In this document: positions 25,480 through 39,000 of the stretch, one piece after another | How positions within the stretch are numbered: the first letter of the stretch is position 1 | Layout: the number at the start of each line of letters is the position of its first letter | Origin: Haplodiscus bocki | Taxonomy: Eukaryota | Direction of reading: 5' to 3' | Length of the DNA stretch: 64,000 nt | NCBI GenBank assembly: GCA_965655095.1 | Contig: OZ296651.1 | Coordinates: forward strand, 64,046,001-64,110,000 | The notes under the pieces: generated by a model | The model's input: the letters and a program-made list of their open reading frames with translations, nothing else | Told to the model about the DNA's origin: nothing | The model's database searches: none | Made by a program: the position numbers and the translations under genes

Positions 25480-28400
25480 TTTTTTAGCGACTCAACATGT
25501 TCGTTTCTAGCACAGCTTAGAATGAATTTAAAGACTTCGTAAATATGTAGTTCATAGACAGTTGCAACGTCATTGTCAATCATGAGCTGCGATACACTGG
25601 CGTATTTCGGAAGGAAGCAAATCGATCGAGCAATTCTTTTGCCACTTTAGAATGTTATGATTGTTGAGAAAGTAGTACACCCGTAAATTAAAACTCCTTA
25701 TTGGATGATGGGCTGCACGCGAGTCTTATAAATTGTCAATAATTGTGATTCTCAGTTTCTCAGAATGACGTAATTACAGAAGGAAATTTTACGTTGTAAT
25801 TTCTGCACATGGTCTTTGAATGATAACTTATCATCAAGAACAACTCCCAAGCAACTCAGATTAGTCTTCATTGTAATTCGATGATAACCAAAATTTTTTC
25901 CTGGAACGTTGTTGGCAAATATAACTACTTTGGACTTGTCATTGTTACCTTTCGGTCAATTTTTTTCATTCAGATATCAAATTTACCAATTCTTCTTATG
26001 CCTGAAAAATCGAAACTCGGGGTTGGCTCAAACACTCTTGTATCGTCAGCGAAAAGCGTTAAATTCGACTCTGCATAATCCGGAAGGTCAATAATGTGAG
26101 GATGAATAACAACGGAGCCAGAACTGATCCCTGAGAAACGCCGCAACGAATACTTCTCTTGGATGACTTGTCATTGCCATTCTGTAGAATTTGTTTTTAC
26201 AGTCGAGATGAGATTTGAGAATAATCAATATCGGACCTCTGAAGCCATAGTCATTGAGTTTCTTCGAAAGGTTATCATGATTGATATTTTCGAACGCTTT
26301 TTTTCAGATCAAGGAACACACAACAGGACGCCCTTTCGCTGTCAAAAGACTCAGATTTGTTCCGTGACGCGAGCTAAAGCATAAACCACCTTGGATATTG
26401 CAGGTAATAATGGGATTGGTCAGTAATTTTCAATTTTATTGATATCTACCGCCTTCTAAAATGATACGAATCTGGCTACTCTCTTTGATTCCGGAATTTC
26501 GTGAGTGGAGAAACTATGGCCAGAGCTACAAGCTTTTTTAGTTTACTTGACAAATCTTCACGTCCCGTAGATGTCTCGCTCTTCATACTGTTCTAGCTTC
26601 CATTCACTTCGCTTTCATTTACCGGTTTTAAATGCATGGATTGTACCTGTCGCTTTTATTTCCAAAAACGGCAATTTTGGGATCGTTCCTTGCAAGTTTG
26701 GGCCAATATCAACGAAAAAATCAATGGAAGAATCAATGTATATCTCATCTTGAAGTTTCGAGATGACAGTATCTTCATCTTTACCCGTAAGGTAATTTAG
26801 ATATCGATGAAAATATTTTATGTCATGAAAAGTATCGATGTTTCTCTGAATGATTTTTTTTTCATCTTTAATGAGTTATTTGTTAGCATTTCTCTCACAA
26901 AAGAACCATATCTCTTTAATTCGTTACTGGGTCCGCAGAGTAAATTTTTAACAACTTGTCACGCTTGGATACTTCACGTTTGATTTTGTTAGGAATCCAG
27001 ACCTTGGATTTGTACCGGATGGCCCTCAACGGCGCATAGATGTCCGATACCCGTTCAATGGTTTTCACAAACTCCACATCCATCCTCTAACCTAATAAAA
27101 TCCCAATCTATGGTCCTGAATTCTTGCATTAAGATGAAATGATACTAAGTCATGTTATCATTTTTTGAAAAGATTGTTATAATTACGACGCATTGATAGC
27201 TTTGATGCTTGCGATATCTTTTTCTCGTAGATGACATGAGCGAAAGTTATCAGTAACGCTACTTGGGAGATTACGGTTAGAGTGTACTGTTAAGTCGAAT
27301 ATATATGATCGAAGCAAGTCTTCTCAAATTCGCGGGTAGAAACCAAAGGACTTCTCAAATTAAGGTTGAACGATATGAGTGTATTCATCAATTCTCGCCA
27401 ATACTTTGAATCGACCAGAATATCTTTGTTGAAATCTCCCAGTAAGAGCACCGTTTTCCCGGTTCTCCCAATTATCATTAATTATAGCAACCATTTGCAA
27501 AACTCAATTTTTGAGAACCGCTCATGACAACGATATGTAACAATAACCAGAAAATTTACAGGCAGTACAACTTCAACTATTAGCCACTTTCGTTCGGACT
27601 GTGTCTTTCAAAAGAACTCGGTACTTGAATTTTTTGTCTAGGTAAAGGCCAATGCTGCCTCTCGGAACTGAACTTCAATTACAAGGAATGAACTTTGAAT
27701 AGCTATCAATATTGTGCACACTAGCTTGTGCGTCTTCTTCCAACCATGTCTCTGTTAAACCAATTATACCTTGTTCCAAGTCATTACATTGCAAAAATGC
27801 CTCAAAATCATCAAAATGAGCACTAATTGCACGATTGTTAGCATTCAGACAATCTAATTTACGTGGTTGACACTCCCCGAGATTTGGAATATATTTAATA
27901 TAATTGTAAGTAGAGTTACATCTAAACTCAGGTTTTAATTGCTAATTGTTGCGTTGAAGTTTGGAGCAGTTTCTAAAATCTTGAATATGGTATCGCAAGA
28001 ATTTACCATCTTCATATAAACTATCTATTTTGTTCACTGTGTTATCATCACTGAACCGCAAATTGATTACTCCTTCTCTTTTCCAGACATTTTCGATTCT
28101 CGTATCGTTGCGCAGGAGGTTGAAAAGCCGCAGCCGTGGCAGAGTCAGATCTTCGTAGTTTTTGACATCTCGTAGATTGAAGGATACTCTCAGTTGTTTT
28201 TTTTCTCAAGAAGATTTACTTCGCCAATTCGACGGTCAAAGTGAAGAATCACAGATCTTTCCGATCCCTCTTATCGCGCCGGTAGTCTATGTGCGATTGA
28301 CATATCGTGCAAAATAATTTGAGCATTCGCCGCTTTAGCAAGCAACTTTAATGACCTTTTCCATGGTGACGTTTGAATCTTCTCCTCTTTGGCGACCATT

Positions 28401-29100
28401 CTCCGTCCTCACATTTTCCTTCAATCCAGATATTCGAATATTTTCTCTACGGTTATATTTTTCAAGATTTCAGCTTCGCACCACATCTTGAGTTCTTCTT
28501 GTTCCAAAACTTTCATCTCCTTGCGCATTGCTTGTTCGACGTCTTTCTTTATTTTTACTAATGCACTGTCGATGGTTTTCATGATGGTGTCCTGCAATGA
28601 CTTCTCTAGTTGACCAAATATTTTATGGGCTGCTTTTTCAATTGCATCTTGAATTGCGAGTTGAATATTCTGCGCTAAACCGGCTTGTTCTCATTCCGCC
28701 AATGGACTCAGTTGTGGGCATAATCTTTTGTCGTTTCTCATAATGGGCGTTTAATCTAAGTAACGCAATTGAGGGAGATCTGTAGAAGCTGTCGTATCAT
28801 CGTTCTCTTTCGTTGCCGCTACATTCAAATCCATGATTTCAGTTGGTGCATTTCTCCGCTCTGAGTGTGTCTTAACTAACCATCCTTCGCTGGCTCATCC
28901 CTATTTACTAAGTTTATCACAACAATTAGGCTGATAAATGGAAAAGTCGGTTCGTGGAGAGTTTTGGTCGTTTTCTTCATTTTGTGCTACTTTCTTGCCT
29001 CATTTTTGCTTCCATGATTTTATGAAAACCTTGTCGACATTTTAGCACAGAATAAAAGTAATCACAATAGTCGTTCTTTTTAGTCGCTTCTGGTACTTTT
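25480..29100 (-). mobile_element. CR1/L2-group LINE, near full length but decayed (ORF1 + APE-RT ORF2), antisense in an intron
   Basis: ORF1: DLEKYG/ENIRISGLKE...SIAHRLP...EDLTLPR. APE: IIGLTETWL, LLGDFN, CFDHIY, then PWIPNKIK. RT: PIPLLPAISK, KAFENINH, GVSQGSVLAPLLFI, LFADDT. Confidence 0.85.
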
Positions 29101-29294
29101 AATTTCCGAAAAATTTGAAATGCTCAGAAGTAATGTTGGTAAGATCAATTCCAGCATTTTGTGCGCCAAGTTTGATGTACACGCTTTGGATGATATTGCG
29201 GATGACGTTGTATATAAAGCTGCCTTAGGAACGAAGTCACTAAATCCCTTGCATTTATAAAACGAATATACCGAATTTTAGCGTTTTGTTTTAG

Positions 29295-29589
29295 GTTGAA
29301 GCGATGGTGAGTCGAATCTTCACTGACCAGCCCTTTGACGAAAATTTCTCCGAGTTGCAAGAAGAACGGAGACAACAGTTAATGCAGGAGGAGCGAGAGA
29401 AATTAGAAAAAGGTGAGATTTCTGGGGTGACTAGTGGGATACCCTCTGGGAACTCAGACACCGAAGACACCATGACCACATCCTCTTCTGCGCCTTCACC
29501 AAGTGCTGCAGCTGCTGCCGGAAGTTGTTCCAATCTGCAAACCATGCCCAATAATAACAGTGGAAGCTGCACTGCCTTGAACACTCAGG
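29295..29589 (+). CDS. Zinc-finger gene exon (coiled-coil plus low-complexity Ser/Ala region)
   Basis: ttgttttag acceptor and GTGAGA donor; phase 0/1; VEAMVSRIFTDQPFDENFSELQEERRQQ. Confidence 0.7.
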
Positions 29590-30667
29590 GTGAGAGTTAA
29601 TAAGATAATTGGTGATCTTTCAGTTTTGCGAAACGAAAGCGAAATAGGGCTTATCGCTGATTTAGCTCTCCATTCATATACTTCTATTAATTATTCCTTC
29701 AATATTTTCTGAGATCATATTTTGTTTTACGATTACAATTCCAATTTTCCTTTTTTGCTCGTTGGTAATATTTTCCTGTTTCCTCGTCTCCCTTATGCGC
29801 ATTATTCCATCGTCATTGAAACTATCGAATTTGAGCATTTTTGGTTTTCAACCGTTCTTATTTCGCCTATAAATGGATGATAGTTTATTTTGGTGTATTC
29901 TGTCGTTCATATCAAATTCCTGTTGAGAGTCGCCCACTCTTTTGTACAGTCTGAGCCTCAAAATTGAAACCCCTATCTAATTTTGACCACCCACCCCTAT
30001 TACAGCTCTTGGAATATGTTGAAAATGTAAAAATCGTTTTACCCTTTTTTTTCCACGTAATCACACTTAGCTTAGTCTACAACTCTGAGTTTAGGCTTTC
30101 TCGACCTCAACTGATACAACTGTTGTTAGAAAAACGAGTAAACTCCAGATTTGGGACTAGTAAAGCTGATGAATCTGATTTTTTGAACATCCCTTTTTAT
30201 TAGAACCTCCTCTTAAGTCAACAAATTCCAATTCGACCCTCCTACCTCTAAATATAATCCTGACTATTAATAGGCAGCGCATAGTACTCAAAAATTGTGT
30301 CATTTGTGTTCTTTTGCTCTTGAGAGTAGTTTTTATCACGAGTGGAAGCCACAAAAGTGGTCCATCGTTTGTATATTGTAAGCTTTCCTTTAGAATGCTT
30401 GCAAAACCACCGATAAAAATGCCAGTCATTCAGCAGAATAACTTTGGATTAAACGAAATCGTTGTAAATGGTTAAAATCGAATGATCTAATTTTTGTGCC
30501 TCTCACAACTTGTAGAAACGTGGAAGAACCAATTACTTCGGCTATTTCTTATAAAGTATTACCCACGTGCTTTATTCAACTTCGTAGCTCAATCGTGTAA
30601 ATTTTACCTTTTGAAATGTATGCATTGTATTTGCATACGCTTTTGAACTTTTGTTTTGTGCTTGTAG

Positions 30668-30880
30668 GGACCAAAAATACCAGTGGGCTGACTGGGAGCA
30701 GGGGCAGTAAAGAGGAGTTGGAGGAGAGAGTGAGGAAGATGTTAGAGCCTGCCAAACAGTTCTGTCTTCCTCCGCCTCCCGTCACAAGTAGACTGAGACT
30801 AGAGGACAGAGACAGACACTACTCTTCTGCATTTGGTGTCACAATCATCAATGATATCCCTAATCATGCTTTACCCATCG
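30668..30880 (+). CDS. Zinc-finger gene exon
   Basis: cttgtag acceptor and GTTAGT donor; phase 1/1; open frame with EELEERVRKMLEPAKQFCLPPPP. Confidence 0.7.
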
Positions 30881-31879
30881 GTTAGTTTGCATAGTCTGTA
30901 GCTTGACCAATTATTGGCTGTACAGAAATGTAATGCAAGCAGGTAATTCACGATCGAAAGGTCGATGGTTCGATCCATGGCTTTTCTACTTGATTCCAAC
31001 ACAGTCTGGTGGCTGCCATAACAACAAAGTAGACCCAAGGACCGAAGTGGCAAGCTTAATGTATGGTTCTATGACAACTTCTAATCTCAGTATCCCTCCA
31101 CTCAGCGTTGTTGGATATTTGAAAAATTAACAGTTTTTTGAGAAGTCATCTTGAAACCCACATGCTACTCCATATGGTTGCGCGCGAGTTTCACTGCGAC
31201 CATTTTTGTTAACGTCTATAGGATGTCCTTCGGCAGTTTCATACTCAAAGTTCAATAACAGGATTCTGACAGGGAAAAATCAGAAGTAACTCAATTTTTG
31301 CTTACATTGTAACTTATATGGGTCCCAAGTTTTGAAGTTTGCAAACTTGGTTTCCATTCATCCAACAATATGGTTGGAATTGATTTGAAGTTACAAGTGT
31401 ACAGACCGGTACTAAAAAGATCGAGTATCGAGTAGTTTTGAGTACGAGGTTGCATCCTTTAATCCTGTATGTTCTTGATGATTCGGTGTTTTCGGTATTC
31501 CAGTTGGAATATTTTGTTAATAAATTTAAGTTAATTGTCTTCAGAGGTTAAGATCGTCTCATAACCACCTCTGGTGTCTCAGAAAATTGAGAATTCTTTT
31601 TGTGACTAGACGTTGCCCTTTCCATTAATGATAACGGCAAGTAGAAAATTCAAACAAATTCACGGAAAAATTTGTAAGCACGGAAAAATTTGGAAGCATC
31701 TCTTAGCGCCGGATCTTTTGTTGTTTTGCTGACCAATTTGTCTTGTATTTCTTGTAGTATATCAGGCCTTTTCCAGTTATCGTGTACGGTACTTTTCGTG
31801 CTTTTATCGTACATTTGTGTCCGGTATCGTGTATCGGGGCAATTCAGTAGAAGTTATTATTATTGTGTCTGTGTTTCAG

Positions 31880-32029
31880 ACCTTGACCTTAGCATACACT
31901 CAGCTGACCAATTGACAACCTTTTCTGGGGAGCAAATCCAACTTGGAACTGGAAGCACTTCTCCTGGCCACCCCGCCTATAGTGCAGCCACATGTCACCA
32001 TCAATACCAGCAAAATAGTGATCTGCAGG
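31880..32029 (+). CDS. Zinc-finger gene exon
   Basis: gtgtttcag acceptor and weak GTTGGA donor; phase 1/1; DLDLSIHSADQLTTFSGEQIQLG...HHQYQQ. Confidence 0.6.
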
Positions 32030-32742
32030 GTTGGAAAAAGAAAATTAAAAGCGTCTGAAGCGTTAAGCAGAGAGTTTTTTTGAAAACGGCCAATTACGGA
32101 TAAAACATCTAATAAAAACAGAATAATTTCCTTGAATACGGATTTGAGCAGATCGCAAAATTGTAAATTATCCCGGAAACGTTGACTGGCAAAGGAATAT
32201 CTACAAGTCGGCACTGCCGTAAGATTCAAAATATGCAAGGGATTAGCCTTAAAATGGTTCAGGCGAGATGAGATTTCACAAAAAAAACTATCACTTGTTT
32301 CTTTTTCGAAAAAAAATATTGGTATAAGCCTGGGGGGTTTCATGAATATTTTTTTATTTGGCCAAAAATTTACGAGTGTACAAATTTTGCAAGTTTAGGC
32401 GTCGTGAATCCTTGCCAATGTCATGGTGACTCTGCGACTCTTTCAACATTTCTATATCATCAGCACGTGTTGTGCTTTGCGTCGTTTTAACTAAGCCTGA
32501 GTCTGAACAAGTCACTGTAATAGTGCTTTTTAATGTTGTACAATGCCGACTAAAAATTTAAAGTGCTTAATCTTGCCCAATTTTGCAAATTTTTACAATA
32601 AGTGTCTAAACAGTACGTTGAGAAGGAAGGTCACAATGTTTCTTCAATCTGTCATTTTTTCCAACCCTGTTGCTGAAGTTTGGGAAGAAGCTATCCACCT
32701 CATGCACAAAGTTGCTTCCTATTCTACTTTCTGGAATTACAG

Positions 32743-32804
32743 AACCGCTAAACAACAACAGAATTTATCTTCCGCCGCTGTTGCCCCCGCCTCAATCTCT
32801 GTAG
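32743..32804 (+). CDS. Probable last coding exon of the zinc-finger gene
   Basis: aattacag acceptor; phase 1 gives EPLNNNRIYLPPLLPPPQSL*. An alternative open frame runs to 32872. Confidence 0.4.
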
Positions 32805-34931
32805 TTTCGCCATCTGCATTTTTCAACACTTCTACTCAGGAACAGCAGCACAAGTTGACTAATATGCTCTGAATTGGTGATTTTCAAGCAGCAGCTGCAC
32901 CGGTTTGTTGATAATTGTGTGAAATTATTTGTTCACGGAAAAAATGGATTTGAATACTAGAGAATATTATCTGAAATGGGAGAAGCCGTCGAAAAGTGCA
33001 AATATTCCTTCCTTATTCACATTTAGATGAGTAACTAACTGAAAAGTCAATATTCGCAAAAATCAAAATTTCCCAACAGCATGCCAAATTTATGCTGCAA
33101 GGTAGGATTTAGCAATCAGGTGCACACTACGAAAAATCGAATTTTCTCTAAAACGATAGGAACATCTTTGTTTTTCAATTCAGGGTTATACAGAAACTAG
33201 TTCTAGGCCGTCAATCGCAGTTTTTCTTTAATTTTGATTCAATATTAACATTGATAGTCTGTTCAACCAGACAGAAAACAACTCTGGCACTTGAGGTACG
33301 ACTTAACAATTCTGCTGAAGCTTTCATACGAATGCATGGCCGTTGTTCTGTAGTTACCATTTGCTGATCCACGTCTCGCAATTTCATAGGATCCGAAGTT
33401 TTGCTGGCCCAGATGGAGCACTTTTGTTTGAATACTTGTTTCAGTTACAGCGAAACAAGGTCTTGAGCTTACTGCGAAAATATCGTTTCTAATTCACTAT
33501 TTGGCGGATCTTCTTTTCTGCTACTTATAAAGCTGTTGAAATAGAAACCCAAGCGGCTAATTTTGCAGAGTATCTCATTAAGTCGTTGCGTTCTAGAAGG
33601 GTTTTATTCCCAGTTTACCACCAGTACTTTAAAACTGCCGTGCAAAGAATTTGCTCTTTCATTTTTCCGGTAACCTCTAGATTCCAGCGCTTCGCGTTTC
33701 ATCTCTACAAAGAAGCATTTTGTCATAAAGTTATTAGAGCCTCAGCTTTGATCATGTGATCAAAAATGCGATGGAAGTGAGAAAAAGAGTTAGAAGACTA
33801 GGAAACTTACTTTCGCCTGTGGACCTTCTTCGTAGGGTCAATCACATAATCGCAGTGGTCGTCGTTCCTGCACATCTGTGTCACGTGTTCGTGCTGCATA
33901 TAGGTTGGTAGCGCAATCCCACACGCATTTCGGAAGACCAGCATCCCAATCAGACTACAGCAGAGGGACTCATTGGTTTCTTCAAATATGTTTCAAGTAC
34001 TCGACGTTGGACAATATCCTCTCAGTAATTCCGAAAGTGAATTTCTTCAATTGTGAAGGCTTCTATACCAAGCAGTTCCTGGAAATCGAAGTATAACAAC
34101 CTGCTGAAGTTGCTTGGCAGGTTTCAACACTGTGTATCTGAAGGTCCTATACTTCGAATCATCTGTTCCGGCTCTAGTAGCCTCACCCCTGGTTTCGGTG
34201 ATGCGAATTTTCCCAGCAGGAACTCTCCATCCCACTACTCCTGGGCAAATGCTTTTAGCTGACTTAGACGCTTTTATACCTGGTATTTCGTCAAAAAAAT
34301 TCCGGAAACAGTCGTATCTTGCAAGTTTTCGGTCTTTAGAAGGGCTCTTTTAATTCTACGGATATTGAGGTCCATGAATTTATCATTGTACATTGTTCCG
34401 CTTCTTTTGAAGTACATCTGGTGTTTCCTTTTGTATTGTGCCGGAAGCTAGGCAAAGTTCACTACGTGACCCGGGTTAGTCAGTTCATTACTTGTGTCTG
34501 AACAGAAATTTTAAAATCATTGACCTACTGAATCACTAGTCAGATTGTAAAAAGTATTAATTGGAAAGAAGCCTGCAGTTCAAAACAAAAAAATTCTAGC
34601 CTACTGCCTGTTGATCAAACAGGAGTTTCTGCATCTCTATTGGAATATCTATTCCGCGTATTTCGACTCGGCTTATGCATTGTTTTATTCTGTCCAAAAC
34701 TTGCATTTTGTGACGCCATCAGAGAGTCTAGTCATCTTGTGTAAACAGCCAAAAAGGGGCTTTTATGAGGCATCTTGACAGGTACTCGTTTATTTTTGCG
34801 TTCTGAAAGTGCAAATTTTTGAACATTGGGCTGAAAATGAACATCGGTCTGAAAAATGAACATCGGCGTTCTGAAAAGTAATGTTCTTCAATGTTTTCAA
34901 TACGAGACAGTATGGGCAGTGTATAAGGTCT

Positions 34932-35297
34932 CCCCAAAAATAGTTATATGTAAAAAAAATTCGAGCTCTCAAAATTCAAATTGGTGAACAAGACTTCGGA
35001 AATTCTTTCAAATTGGCACATACCGCCTGTCAATCATCAAAATTGACACCACTGAATCTCAAATTGTGAAAATTCAGGTTGATAATATGAGAGTTGTTAA
35101 CACTTGGTTGACCAGAATTATCCTAACCTAAATTCAACCTAATTTATCCAAATTTCCTTTTGATATGTCTACTAACAGTCAGAAGTTCTCTTGATTGACA
35201 AGTGAGATAGGAAACTTTTGAAACTCTTTTGCTGTCTTGTTGACTAAGATTAGCCAATTTGAGAGCTCTAAATTTTTTACATATAACGTTTTTTGGG
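34932..35297. mobile_element. Foldback/MITE-like imperfect palindrome
   Basis: CCCAAAAATAGTTATATGTAAAAAAAATTCGAGCTCTCAAA matches the reverse complement of the right end (CCCAAAAAACGTTATATGTAAAAAATTTAGAGCTCTCAAA). Inner matches include AACAAGAC and TGTCAATCA. Confidence 0.7.
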
Positions 35298-36252
35298 ACA
35301 AATTGTAAAGTTCACATTTCCGTTGTTTAATGAGTAAATCTTTCAACCATTGGAAGGCTGCAAAGTGCAGAATCTAAATTGATATGATTGAGAGATCAAC
35401 TTACTAGTATTAGACACCGTGAAAAGGAATTGTCTCAATTCGAATTTCTGGAACAACTTTGTGATGGACGTAACATTATTTCTAAAAGTGATAGAAGTGT
35501 CTAGCGTGTATAGGATCAAGCTTTAAATATCTCTCAAGACATTTGATGTGTAAATTTTATCTTTGATCTCAACTGACAAGTCAGAATGTGTTCAGAAGTT
35601 CCGCTTCGTCTCCGTGTGAATGTTTTCGGATACTGACGAAGTTTTTGGCCGCTTTCTCTGTGTTTTTAAATTTTCTTCTGATAGTTTTTCGAAGTTCAAA
35701 TTCTGAATTGCACTCATATGGGCTGAAATAGCAGTTCATTCGAAAGCACTTTTTCTATTTTTGCTAATCCTTTTTTCCTATGGCAAAAAGTGATTTTTTC
35801 TTGAACTTTTTCTTTGCCTTTATCTCTTCGTTTGGTACTTTGAGCTGTTGGAGCAGAATTGTTTAGAATTAAATTCGTTAATTTCACAAGTAAATTTTTC
35901 AAATATTATGAAAAGGACAAAACGCCTATAAACACTTTACTCCCTTACAAATTTCTCGATCTCAGTATAGTCTCCCGATACTGATGGAAAATAACAAAAA
36001 CGATCAAATAACACTCTCAAACGGACGGATCGGATTCTCTTCCCTTGACGTGGTTGATCGATATTAACCCAAAGACCAAAGACGTAGCCCTTAAAAGATG
36101 ACGAGCGCTATCATATCTTCTGATGATCAATACAACGACTTTTCTCTCACATTAAACAGTCGCAGTTAAATTAAACAGTCCCAGCTCAATCTAATGACGA
36201 ATTCATACAAATCTTCTATGGAACCGAAGATTCGATTCTTCAACAACCCTAT

Positions 36253-36625
36253 TCAATTAGATGTTGCATCTCTGCTGATGCCCGAATGAGTAAAAGTTCT
36301 GCCGATTTCTTTTCCATCCCCAGATCAACATGCCGAAAAGCAAAGCTCTTCATGGGACAAATTTTTCCTTTCCGGGACTCAACAGGAAAATGCTATATCT
36401 ACAACTTAGTGGCAGAATAGAGGTTTTTCGATAAACCCTATCTATCAACTTTAACCAGAACACTAGAAACAATGAGGATTTATGAAAGTATGAACGGTGT
36501 TTCTACTATTGCTATACCCACACTTGACTGTGGACTGGATCAAATGAACTGGCGAGAAGTGGTAAAGATACTACGTGATATCTTTGACTATGCCGACGTC
36601 CAAATTATTGTTTACACTCTTGATA
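36253..36625 (+). pseudogene. TARG1/OARD1 (Poa1p-like) macrodomain within gypsy pol
   Basis: SIRCCISADARMSK...YIYNLVAE*RFFDKPYLSTLTRTLETMR...NGVSTIAIPTLDCGLDQMNWREVVKILRDIF..IIVYTL follows the TARG1 pattern (HCIS.D..M; KPTY..L..SL; MPRIGCGLD.L.W; TVYTL). Confidence 0.85.
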
Positions 36626-36691
36626 AAAGTAAGTGGAGTCCACGCGATGTCCGCGAAAGGCGACGCTGAGTTCTAAGCCGATAATGAGATA

Positions 36692-37434
36692 TGTGTCGTG
36701 GCCCGATGAACCGGTTAAATCCGTGGAAATAGAGCTGTTAATTCCAAGTTTGAATTACCAACAAAGTTTATTCTAACAGAAATGGCTTGAATTCAGCAGA
36801 ATTATTAACAAATTAACACTTTGTCCGAACGTATTTCTTTAAACCGTCTGTTCGGTGTCGATGTAACAAGCCTCTATGTTTAGTTTTCTTAGTTTAGCTG
36901 GTTTCAATTTCATCCGCTAGAGGGCGTCTTTTCATGCTTTCGGAAGAAATTTGCATAATCGGCTCTGATTGGCCAAACAAACTTTCATATGCAAAAAGAA
37001 AAAAGAACCGGAGTGAAAAAGGTTCGGTCCGGTCGGGAAGCGATCGCCGGACCTTTCGCTTACAAGTCCTGGACGTATACCGTTGCGCCACCATTGCTAC
37101 GGTAACGCCGGTTACGAGTTCGCTACATAGACGCAGGCGATGGTTTAATCCGCGTGCGTGACCGTTTACTTGATTTAATTCGCGTACGCGACAAGAAGCC
37201 TGTTTAGGAAAATAAAATTACCTAAAAGATTTCCGGATCTCCTTCAATTGAGATTTTCCTTATGGCGACGCATTGTTTTCGTCCTCAATCCTGCAAGAGC
37301 TTGATTACGATCGATCGCCGGACCTTTCGTTTACGAGTCCCGGACGCATACCGTTGCGCCACCATTGCTACGGTAACGCCGGTTACGAGCTCGCTAACTA
37401 GACACACGCGACGGTTTAATTCGCGTACGCCACA
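36692..37434. mobile_element. Solo LTR inserted in the gypsy pol
   Basis: TGTG...CACA termini and a 5-bp TSD AGATA (36687-36691 and 37435-37439). Coding-like pol sequence resumes across it. Internal ~125-bp direct repeat (about 37040-37190 vs 37310-37434). Confidence 0.8.
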
Positions 37435-37439
37435 AGATA

Positions 37440-39000
37440 GACTGATACAGTGAAGAATTCTTCCTCGAAAATAGTGTGTTACAAACAGAATTCACTAAGA
37501 CTCTAAGTCCTGTTAACCGACATTTAATGAACAATTCCGAATATTTCGCGAGAAAGATCAAAAGAATCGACTCATTGAGTACTACCTACAATACCAGCCC
37601 AAGGAAGTTACGAACTACTTTGAAGAATTCGACTTCCAGTACTCAGACGAAGACATGATTCTCAACACAAAATCGATGTGAGCAAAACCGCTCAAAAGTT
37701 CCATGTAACAATGAAACCGAATGTTGAACTGAAAAGACAACGACCTTGCGAAGATCCCTTGCACGTAAATGAAAAATTGGAAAAACTAGCAACACTACTG
37801 AAGGACCCAGAGATTATTCGTGAAATGGGTGTCGACGACGACGAGATGGGTCAATATTTGTTAACCTCATCCTTCTATGCCTAGAAGTGATTATGTGAAA
37901 TTAGATATTGAAGCAATGTTTTCCAATTCTGTGACGAATCCAACTAACTACTCCTGGCCCTGGAACCAGTGCGAATGATTATGACCAAAGTAAACAGCAA
38001 GGTCTCCGTAAGCGACTTATTTTCAAGCGCATACCATCAGCTCCCGCTGAGCTCGGAGACAAAAATTAATCAGTTTTAATATTGGTGGAAAACAGTACAC
38101 CTACACTATTGGACTCTATGGTATGTGTGGACTTCAAACTTCTTCAGCCGACTAATGACAATACAGTTCGTTCCTCTCATTAAGAAGAAACAAGCAATCA
38201 CCTGTATTGTCGATAGAATGCAGTCGCAAAACAGAAACGAGATGTTTACAGTCATCATTGAATACTATACCCTTCTTCGGAAGGCGCGTCTCAAGCAGCT
38301 CCTAACAAAACATTCTGTTGTCGAAAGAAAATTATTTTTCTTGGTCACGTTTCATCTCTAGAAGTAATCCAACTCATCGCCAAACGAGTGAATGACTCGA
38401 CGGATCTCAAATCACCTGAAAGTAAACAGGATGTCATGATAATTCTGGCATGGCTTGGCTTCTATAGCTGTTACATCAAGAACCTCCATGTGGACATCAA
38501 CGTTTCTAGGATTTGATCAAGGAAATGACTCCTTTCCACTTAACATAGGAACACAAAAAACTCTTTCAATCGATTAAAGGACAGAATCAGTGAAGACGCG
38601 ATTCTTGCCGTGCCGTTTACCGACTATCCCTTTCACATTCATGTGGATTCATCGCATATTGGAACTGGCTGTATTTTGATTCAGCACTTTCTTGATTGAA
38701 AGCGAATAATTTCCTTCAACTCCAAAATTTTCGATAACGCTTAACCGAAAATTTCTACCTTCAATGGAAAACTTTGTGGAATTGTCTCCACCCTCCACAC
38801 CTCAGAACACTACATCATTAGCTCTTCTTTTCTGATTTAGCTATTTTATGATCATAAACCCATTCTCTATCTGTTGGGATGTAAAAGACAACTCACAATG
38901 GTTCTTCAGATACCAAGTAATTGTAGCGAAATTCCAAAATCTGAAGATAAGCTGGAACGCAGGATCAAATCTTGCCTTCCCGGAGATCCTGAGTCGAAAT
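37440..39000 (+). pseudogene. Gypsy reverse transcriptase + RNase H (frameshifted)
   Basis: FHVTMKPNVELKRQRP, NYSWP, SDL..AYHQLPL, YTYTIGLYG, decayed YIDD (TCIVD), FLGH. RNase H: PFHIHVDSSHIGTGCILIQ, ISFNSK, DHKPI. Confidence 0.85.

Noticed and set aside
33050-34450. Coding-like decayed stretch (also 22300-24400)
   Set aside because: Many stops and no recognisable motif; cannot be assigned without a search.
36694-37522. Alternative LTR boundaries TGTCG...CGACA
   Set aside because: No TSD, and 37440-37522 reads as pol coding sequence. The 36692-37434 boundaries have a perfect TSD.
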